Part shown: positions 1-6,633 of the stretch, one piece after another
How the letters are laid out: each line of letters starts with the position of its first letter
Numbering within the stretch: the stretch's first letter is position 1
Virus record (IMG/VR): IMGVR_UViG_3300015264_000026
Direction: 5' to 3' (one strand)
DNA length: 20,000 bases
Source of the DNA: an uncultured virus (IMG/VR IMGVR_UViG_3300015264_000026)
Lineage: Duplodnaviria > Heunggongvirae > Uroviricota > Caudoviricetes
Made by a program: the position numbers and the translations under genes
Notes under the pieces: model-generated
Seen by the model: only the letters and a program-made list of their open reading frames with translations
What the model was told of the DNA's origin: nothing
The model's database searches: none

Positions 1-1356
1 GCATCTACAACTGCAAATGCAGGTGGTTCATTCTCAATGAACGGCGGCAACGCTGAATTGGTCTATTACATCGCGCTGGGTCCACCGCCTACGGGAGCGG
101 GTTATGGCTTGGGAGGCTACGGTCTTGGCGGGTACGGAACCGGCGTCGTCAATCCGAATCAGATTGGCACAGAAATAACGGCCACTGACTGGACCTCCGA
201 CAATTGGGGTCCGATAGCCTTGGCATGTCCTGAGAACGGAGGGATTTATTATTGGGACCCGACCGGAGGATTCACGAACGCATCCCTAATCAATACAGGG
301 CCAGTGTTCAATAAGGGCATCTTCGTTTCCACGTCCCAACAAATTCTGATCGCGTATGGATCGACGATCGATGAGACGATCGATGGTGGCATTGGGCTGC
401 AACAAGACCCGATGCTCATCGCGTGGTGCGATGTTGAGAATTTCTTTCAATGGCAGGCCGTTACCAATTCACAAGCGGGAAACTTTCGAATACCGATCGG
501 GTCCACATGCGTTGGTGGTATGGCAGTCGCCAATCAAAACCTGATCTGGACCGATCTTGATCTATGGGCCATGAATTACATCGGCTATCCCGATACATAC
601 GGATTTAACAAGATCGGTGCAGGTGCAGGCTTGGCCTCAAGCCACGCTGGAATGCAGTTGCGTGGCGGCGTCTATTGGATGGGGAAGTCAAATTTTTATT
701 CCTATGCCGGACAGGGGGTTCGGGTTATTCCATGTGATGTCTGGGATTTTGTTTTTCAAAACCTCAACACGGCGTTCATCCATAACGTTCGGGCAATGCC
801 CAATACGCCGTTCAATGAAGCCGGATGGGCCTTTCCCTCCAATGCAAGCGCAAACGGTGAGAACGATTCGTATGTAAAATTCAACATTACCGAGCCCAAC
901 GCGCCATGGGATTATGGCGCATTGGCCCGCTCGGCGTGGATTGATTTGACTGTCTTGGGGCCTCCCATCGGGACTATTCCAACTGGATTGATATACCAGC
1001 ACGAAACGACCAATGACGCCGCCGGCCAGCCGCTAGTCGCATCGTTCCGAACTGGATATTTCAATCTGACGGAAGGAGAGGACTTCGTTACCGTCGATGA
1101 GGTGATCCCGGACTTCAAGTTCGGATTTCAAGGGGCCGCGCCAAATGCGCAAATTCAAATCACATTTTATGTGGTAAACTACCCCGGAGACACGCCTTTG
1201 GTGTATGGTCCATATACCGTAAACAGTACAACTCAGTCTTTTTTTACGAGGTTCAGGGTAAGGCAGATGGCGATCGACGTTTCCAGTTCTGACCTCGGAA
1301 GCTTCTGGCGGCTTGGAAAGATTCGTTTCCGGTTCGCCGCGAGCGGGAGGCGGTAA
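1..1356 (+). CDS. Tail tubular/nozzle or packaged-DNA stabilization protein (P22 gp10 / T7 gp12-like position), 5' truncated by the window edge
   Basis: Frame is open from base 1 (ASTTANAGGSFSM...). Beta-rich, W/D-rich sequence with a GYGLGGYGLGGYG motif and C-terminal 'FWRLGKIRFRFAASGRR', typical of podovirus tail-tube-B-like proteins; lies upstream of the GNAT and ejection genes. Confidence 0.68.
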   Translation, partial: ASTTANAGGSFSMNGGNAELVYYIALGPPPTGAGYGLGGYGLGGYGTGVVNPNQIGTEITATDWTSDNWGPIALACPENGGIYYWDPTGGFTNASLINTGPVFNKGIFVSTSQQILIAYGSTIDETIDGGIGLQQDPMLIAWCDVENFFQWQAVTNSQAGNFRIPIGSTCVGGMAVANQNLIWTDLDLWAMNYIGYPDTYGFNKIGAGAGLASSHAGMQLRGGVYWMGKSNFYSYAGQGVRVIPCDVWDFVFQNLNTAFIHNVRAMPNTPFNEAGWAFPSNASANGENDSYVKFNITEPNAPWDYGALARSAWIDLTVLGPPIGTIPTGLIYQHETTNDAAGQPLVASFRTGYFNLTEGEDFVTVDEVIPDFKFGFQGAAPNAQIQITFYVVNYPGDTPLVYGPYTVNSTTQSFFTRFRVRQMAIDVSSSDLGSFWRLGKIRFRFAASGRR

Positions 1357-1607
1357 TGGATGATGAAAACGCCACTGATAAAAACACCCTTGGTTCACAG
1401 GGTCTAACCGACCTCAATACCACTCAGCAGCAGGGCGTTAAAAACCTTGGCTTGATTATTCAAGCGCTGCGGAATGCATTTTTCCAGTTTGGAGGTACGT
1501 CTACATCGGCAACCGGCGGTGCCGCAACCTTGCCGGCCAATCCAGTTGGGTTTATCACGGCAACGCTTCCAAATGGAACGGCCGTCAAAATCCCCTACTA
1601 TTCGTGA
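1356..1607 (+). CDS. Hypothetical small virion-operon protein (83 aa)
   Basis: TAATG overlap with the upstream stop, GGAGG just upstream, C-terminal 'KIPYYS'. Confidence 0.72.
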   Translation: MDDENATDKNTLGSQGLTDLNTTQQQGVKNLGLIIQALRNAFFQFGGTSTSATGGAATLPANPVGFITATLPNGTAVKIPYYS

Positions 1608-1611
1608 TCGC

Positions 1612-2106
1612 ATGCCCCTAGACAAATCAAGCAGCAAAGAATCGGTCGGTCGGAATATACGAGCCGAAATATCGGCTGGTAAACCGCAGCCTCAAGCCGT
1701 CGCCATTGCCTTGGATGTAGCGCGACGGGCCAAGCGGGCAAAAGGCGGACGGGTGCACGTCGGGCCGATCATTGGCGAGACTGGGGGGAGGGCCGACAAG
1801 GTACCCATGCACGTCCCGGAGGGATCATACGTGATACCGGCAGACATAATTTCTGGTCTGGGGGAGGGCAATACCGCTGCTGGTATGCAAGCCATAAACA
1901 AAATGTTCCCGACCCGTCGCGCCCGTGGCGGGGCCATTCCGATCATGGCGGCGCATGGCGAAACCATCATTTCACCTGATCAGTTAAAAGAAAGATTTGG
2001 GGATGATTTGAACCATGCCCATGCTATTATGGATGCATGGGTAAAACACGAACGAGCACAACTCATTGAGACGCTTAAGAAGCTGCCGGGTCCGGCGCAA
2101 GATTGA
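1612..2106 (+). CDS. Conserved-type phage virion-operon protein with A-x-G-G motifs (164 aa)
   Basis: Start reassigned to ATG 1612 (MPLDKSSSKESVGRNIRAE...QAVAIAL), 4 nt after the previous stop. Contains RAKGGRV, RARGGAI and the 'GGRADKVPMHVPEGSYVIPADIISGLGEGN' segment, resembling the G-x-x-D-x-[IV]-P...GE[YF]VIPAD motif of phage virion proteins. Confidence 0.75.
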   Translation: MPLDKSSSKESVGRNIRAEISAGKPQPQAVAIALDVARRAKRAKGGRVHVGPIIGETGGRADKVPMHVPEGSYVIPADIISGLGEGNTAAGMQAINKMFPTRRARGGAIPIMAAHGETIISPDQLKERFGDDLNHAHAIMDAWVKHERAQLIETLKKLPGPAQD

Positions 2107-2115
2107 TAAGATCAA

Positions 2116-2182
2116 GGCCCGCTAAGGTGCTTCCAACACCCGCGAGCCTCTAACCAACTCCGATCTGGAGGGATCGTTATGG
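2116..2182 (+). promoter_or_regulatory. Two-hairpin 5' leader of the HNH gene, with the SD in the loop of the second hairpin
   Basis: GGCCCGC(2116)/GCGAGCC(2148) encloses GGTG-CTTCCAA-CACC. Then CGATC-TGGAGG-GATCG (2161-2176), 2 nt before ATG 2179. Confidence 0.45.
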
Positions 2183-2898
2183 CTAATCGCAACCCTAGTC
2201 ATAGGATGGGTCATCGTAAAGCGGCAAAAGATAGCGGAGAATCTCGATATTTTACAGGAAAACCGTGCTTGAGAGGACACATCTCTCCAAGAGTAACCTC
2301 TAGCGGCATGTGTATTGAATGTAGAAGGATACGGGATCGAAAGTATCACCACGATAACCCTAGTAGACCCCAGCTAAAGGCCAAAAAATATTATGCGCGG
2401 AATAGTGACGCAATCAAAGCCTGCACCAGAAGTTGGTATTCTAAATCAGAAAATAGAGAAAAAGCGCGCATCACTAGGGCTGCGTACATGCTCACACATG
2501 GTAGTATAGTATTAGACAAAGCTAGAAAGTCGGTCAAAAGATACCGAGAAATATTTCCAGAAAAAGCCAAAGATGCAATTAACAATTGGTGGAGTAAAAA
2601 TCCAGAGCGGAAGAAAACATACCATCGCAATCGACGAGCTAAAAAACGAGGAAACGGCGGTAGCCACACGCAGGCGGATATCAACGATATTCTGAAAGCT
2701 CAAAAAGACAAGTGCGCCTACTGCAAAGTGCCGTTTAGCGGGATCACAAACGAGAGGCACGTTGACCATATTATACCTTTGGTTAAAGGCGGCTCAAACG
2801 GCCGTAGGAATCTCCAAGTTCTGTGTGAGCGCTGTAATCTAGAAAAAGGCAGCCGAGACCCAATGGTCTATGCTAGAACGCTAGGAATGCTCCTCTAA
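2179..2898 (+). CDS. Free-standing HNH (homing) endonuclease
   Basis: C-terminal CAYC...HVDHIIPLVKGGSN...NLQVLCERCNLEKG HNH/zinc motif; N-terminal YFTGKPCLRGH...CIEC zinc-binding-like domain; GGAGG SD; visibly more A/T-rich than its neighbours. Confidence 0.93.
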   Translation: MANRNPSHRMGHRKAAKDSGESRYFTGKPCLRGHISPRVTSSGMCIECRRIRDRKYHHDNPSRPQLKAKKYYARNSDAIKACTRSWYSKSENREKARITRAAYMLTHGSIVLDKARKSVKRYREIFPEKAKDAINNWWSKNPERKKTYHRNRRAKKRGNGGSHTQADINDILKAQKDKCAYCKVPFSGITNERHVDHIIPLVKGGSNGRRNLQVLCERCNLEKGSRDPMVYARTLGMLL

Positions 2899-2913
2899 AC
2901 CGAAGGTTAGCCA

Positions 2914-3153
2914 ATGAACGATCAGAAAGCCCCGATCATTTTCGCAACCAATGTTGCGGTGTCTGGTTTCTTGAACGGAATCATCAATGTCGGCTTGTCT
3001 ACAGCTCAATTTCTGCCCAAGGACGGCAAGGTTGACGTAGCGGAAGTCATCACAGCCAATCTTCGAATTGACCTTTACTGCGCTCAACAGTTGCACGATT
3101 CGTTGGCCTCGATTTTGGCGCAGCAGACCAAACCAGTTCGGGATCTCAATTGA
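2914..3153 (+). CDS. Hypothetical protein (79 aa)
   Basis: AAGGT SD-like element; TGATG coupling to the next gene. Confidence 0.7.
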   Translation: MNDQKAPIIFATNVAVSGFLNGIINVGLSTAQFLPKDGKVDVAEVITANLRIDLYCAQQLHDSLASILAQQTKPVRDLN

Positions 3154-3791
3154 TGCTATCCGTTGTAGAGCCTCCCACTGTCCGCCTCGCCGATCGCGAG
3201 GAGGAAGAAGAATTGATGATAATGTGCCGCGAAATTCACGCGGAGAATGGCCTCGTTTCCATGGACGAGGATCGTGTTCGCGCCATGCTGCACCGCGCCT
3301 TTGATAAGCAAGGCGGTATTATTGGCGTGATCGGAGAGCCCGGATCATTGGAAGCAATCATCATGATCGTGATGACGAATTTCTGGTCCAGCAATGACAC
3401 TCATCTGGAGGAATTGTTTTCCTATGTGCGCCGTCCATTCCGCACACGAAGGCTCAACAAGGCGAATGAGTTCAAGGTAATTCACAAGCCGCACGCCGAA
3501 GCCCTCATTCACTTTGCTAAAGATTGCTCAGATCGCATCGGTGTCCCTCTGGTCATCGGAATCATCACCAATAAGCGCATGGCCGGAAAAGTCAGGCTGT
3601 ATCGGTCGGTATTGGGCTATCCAGCTGGGGCTTATTTCGTCATCAATCCGAAGTGGATCGATGGGGACGATCTGACCAATGAGGACTTCTGGAGGATGCC
3701 CTTCCCAAATGACGTACAGAATGCTAAACGCGAAAAACAAGCGCGCCATCAAGCATTAGTGGCAGACAGACGAGCACGGTTCAGGGGATAG
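3153..3791 (+). CDS. GNAT-fold acetyltransferase-like virion morphogenesis protein
   Basis: VRLA...EELFSYVRRPFR...AEALIHFAK...RLYRSVLGYPAG follows the GNAT motif order; the position between tail tube and ejection genes is typical of podoviruses. ATG 3153 overlaps the upstream TGA. Confidence 0.7.
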   Translation: MLSVVEPPTVRLADREEEEELMIMCREIHAENGLVSMDEDRVRAMLHRAFDKQGGIIGVIGEPGSLEAIIMIVMTNFWSSNDTHLEELFSYVRRPFRTRRLNKANEFKVIHKPHAEALIHFAKDCSDRIGVPLVIGIITNKRMAGKVRLYRSVLGYPAGAYFVINPKWIDGDDLTNEDFWRMPFPNDVQNAKREKQARHQALVADRRARFRG

Positions 3792-3806
3792 CATTCTCCT
3801 CCTGCT

Positions 3807-3824
3807 ATAAGGATGGTTCCTTAT
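3807..3824 (+). promoter_or_regulatory. Hairpin sequestering the RBS and start codon of the first ejection protein
   Basis: ATAAGGA-TGGT-TCCTTAT is a perfect 7-bp stem pairing the AAGGA SD with bases that include the AT of ATG 3823. Confidence 0.5.
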
Positions 3825-6633
3825 GTGTGGGAAGGGCTCGAATACCACAACCAATACATCTACATCGTCCGCTGACCCGCAGGCCGCCCAAGCCTATCGT
3901 GATTTGCTCACCCGCGCACAGGGTGTGGCCTCCACTCCATATCAAGCCTATACGGGCGAGTTAACGGCTCCAGTCAATGCTCAGCAGCAATTCGGCATTG
4001 GAAACATCAATCAAAACGCCAACTTTGCTCAACCCTATGTGCAGCAAGCTGCTGGCATTGCTCAGAACGCGGCTACTCCGCTCACGCAACAGCAAATCCA
4101 GCAATACCAGAACCCGTATACGCAGAATGTTGTTGATGCGACGCAAGCGCAATTCAACAATCAAAATGCACAGCAAAGACAAGGAGTTATAGGCAACGAG
4201 ATTGCCAGCGGCGCTCTAGGCGGCAACCGCGTCGGGGTCGAGCGCGCCAACCTCGCGAATCAGCAGCAACTAGCACAGGCCCCTGTGATCGCCGGTCTCT
4301 ATGACAAGTCCTATCAACAGGGCTTGGCCACTGCAAATCAGCAATTCCAGCAAAATCCATTGGCTGCGTCCGGAGCTATCGCGAATTACGGTATCTCTGG
4401 CCAAGGGGCTGCTTTGTCTGGGGCTGGGGCTCAACTCGGGGCTGGCACGCTGCAGCAGCAGACCCAGCAGCAGGCAGATACCGCGAATTATGGGCAATAT
4501 GCCCAGGCCCAAGCCTATCCCTATCAACAAGCCCAATGGTTGGCTGGGGTTAATACAGGCGTTGGTTCAAATCTTGGCGGCACTTCGTCGGGGTCGACTA
4601 CTGGCCCGCCGCCGAATCAGACGGCTCAATATCTAGGGGCGGGCCTCACTGCGGCGAGCATGTTCCTCAATCGGGGCGGGCGCGTAAATGGCTATGCCAG
4701 CGGTGGCGTTGTGCCGCATATGGCCGACGGCGGGATGCCGGGTACGCCGTGGTCGCAGGGTGTGGGCTGGATACCGCAGATGAATATTCATGGCGGATCT
4801 GGCGCACCTCACGCGAGCGCGCCGAGCTTGCCCCAGACACCGGCATTCGATGCTACCAAATTTGCACAGGGGCTTACTGGATTGGGCAATGGCGTCGCTG
4901 GAAAGCTTGCCGGTCCATCCTATGGAGGGGGGAACGTTTTCACCGATGCGTATGGCGGCTCAAGTTCATCGCCATTGGAAGGGTTGACGGCTGCGGACTA
5001 TGGCGAGGGATACGCGCGCGGTGGCGTAGTCGGCTATGCCGATGGCGGTTCTCCTATCGATTACACGGACCCAGCATGGGATACGCCTGATTCGGCTAAC
5101 TTTGCCGGCCGGTTTGGTCCGGCTGAAAGTTCTCCGCTTGGTCAAATGACCCGAGGACAGGGAATCGCCTTGGCGTCAAGGAATGGGACCCCGTCTTCCA
5201 TTCCCGAAGAGCGCCCGATCTATGACGATGGTCAGGGTCCAGTCCGCCTGTACGGACAGAGGCCAGAAGGCAACCCAGCGGCCAAGGGCGTAGCACCCAT
5301 AACCGCAAACGATGACGATGAGGAGACTACCCCTCCATCGGCCAACCCCACCCAAGGGCGTTTGCAGGGCGTTGCAGGCTACAAGCCGCCGTATGAGATT
5401 GGCCCATCTGATTATACCGCACCGCAGCAAGAAAAGAGTTCTGGATTTGGCCTCGGGCTTTTGTCTCCGAATGCAAAAACCGGCCTGCTCGCGGCTGGGC
5501 TCGGTATGCTGGCGAATCGGTCTCCGTTCTTGGGAACGGCGATCGGCGAGGGCGGACAATCTGGTTTGGCGGCCTATGGTTCAGCCGAAGAGCATGACCG
5601 CAAGGTGGCTGCCGAGGCGCAAAAACTATCTCTTGAAGCCAAGAAGGCCGCCAACGAACAGGCTCACACCACGTTCACGACGAATGAGACGGCGCGGCAT
5701 AATCAGGCTACTGAAAAGCAGGCCGCCGTCAATTCAGACAGAACGAAATATTCACCCGCTGGATCGGTTTTGACCAAAGATGGCGCTTACCATCCCCTGG
5801 TACTTGAACAAACATCTGGAAAGATCGTCGATGCGGTGACCGGAAAACCGCCGAGTGCGGATGATAAAATTCAGGACAAGGGCACCAAGGGCGGTCCGAT
5901 CAGCGAAGATGACGCCAAGTCAATCGCCGAATACTACGTCAAGACCGGCGATAACTCCCGGCTCAATGGGCTAGGCATCACAAGCGCAGCACGGCAAGCC
6001 GTGCAAAAACATATTCGCGAGGCGATGGACCGAGAGAAGGTCACGCCGGAAGAAATGGGAACGCGCGTTGCCGAGTTTGCCGGGCGCAAGGCTGGTCAGC
6101 GCACATTGGGAACGATGGAGGCCAAGATGGGCTCGGCTGCGTTTGAGGCAGAAGGCGCCATCAAACAGGCTCGCGGTGTGATTGAGCGATTGCCGCGAAC
6201 CTCATACTTGCCGATCAACCAACTAATCGAAGGGTACAGCAACAAGACCCTCAATCCGGATCAGACGGAATTGTACGGGCGGACGCAGGCCATTGTAAAC
6301 ACATATGCCGCTGTGATGGCCCGTGGTGCCAATGTCACCACCGATTCGTCACGGCATCACGCGATCGAATTGCTCAAGACGGCAGGTGACCCGGCAACGT
6401 ATAATCGAATGCTCGATACCATGCTTCAAGAAATTGAAATGGCCAAACATTCGCCGGCCAAAATGCGCGAGTTCTATCGCCAGCAATACGGAGTCAAGGC
6501 CGCGCCTGACGATGGCACAGTGGCTAGCACACCCCCTGCTTTCACTCCTCCCGCTGGGGCCGTTCCACGTCAATGGAATGGTAAAACCATCTATTTTGAT
6601 CCCGCCACTAAACAGCCGATACCTGGACAATGA
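3823..6633 (+). CDS. Internal virion / DNA ejection protein (936 aa), possibly a fused multi-domain precursor
   Basis: N-terminus MCGKGSNTTTNTSTS followed by Q/A/G-rich helical sequence, typical of pilot/ejection proteins; internal G-rich hydrophobic segment GLLAAGLGMLA; position after the GNAT gene. Confidence 0.75.
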   Translation: MCGKGSNTTTNTSTSSADPQAAQAYRDLLTRAQGVASTPYQAYTGELTAPVNAQQQFGIGNINQNANFAQPYVQQAAGIAQNAATPLTQQQIQQYQNPYTQNVVDATQAQFNNQNAQQRQGVIGNEIASGALGGNRVGVERANLANQQQLAQAPVIAGLYDKSYQQGLATANQQFQQNPLAASGAIANYGISGQGAALSGAGAQLGAGTLQQQTQQQADTANYGQYAQAQAYPYQQAQWLAGVNTGVGSNLGGTSSGSTTGPPPNQTAQYLGAGLTAASMFLNRGGRVNGYASGGVVPHMADGGMPGTPWSQGVGWIPQMNIHGGSGAPHASAPSLPQTPAFDATKFAQGLTGLGNGVAGKLAGPSYGGGNVFTDAYGGSSSSPLEGLTAADYGEGYARGGVVGYADGGSPIDYTDPAWDTPDSANFAGRFGPAESSPLGQMTRGQGIALASRNGTPSSIPEERPIYDDGQGPVRLYGQRPEGNPAAKGVAPITANDDDEETTPPSANPTQGRLQGVAGYKPPYEIGPSDYTAPQQEKSSGFGLGLLSPNAKTGLLAAGLGMLANRSPFLGTAIGEGGQSGLAAYGSAEEHDRKVAAEAQKLSLEAKKAANEQAHTTFTTNETARHNQATEKQAAVNSDRTKYSPAGSVLTKDGAYHPLVLEQTSGKIVDAVTGKPPSADDKIQDKGTKGGPISEDDAKSIAEYYVKTGDNSRLNGLGITSAARQAVQKHIREAMDREKVTPEEMGTRVAEFAGRKAGQRTLGTMEAKMGSAAFEAEGAIKQARGVIERLPRTSYLPINQLIEGYSNKTLNPDQTELYGRTQAIVNTYAAVMARGANVTTDSSRHHAIELLKTAGDPATYNRMLDTMLQEIEMAKHSPAKMREFYRQQYGVKAAPDDGTVASTPPAFTPPAGAVPRQWNGKTIYFDPATKQPIPGQ

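Noticed and set aside
100..144. GYGLGGYGLGGYGTG repeat
   Set aside because: A protein-level aromatic-Gly motif usual in this tail-protein type; the codons differ, so it is not a DNA repeat, and it is distinct from the A-x-G-G motif.
1474..1611. Upstream extension of the 210-aa ORF
   Set aside because: Overlaps 1356..1607 in another frame; ATG 1612 gives a typical N-terminus.
2107..2898. IscB/HEARO-type RNA-guided nuclease or group I intron
   Set aside because: No RuvC motifs or PLMP N-terminus; the 72-nt leader is too short; the flanking genes appear intact.
2147..2901. CCTCTAA on both sides of the HNH gene as a target-site duplication
   Set aside because: Only 7 bp, and the left copy lies inside the leader; compatible with chance.
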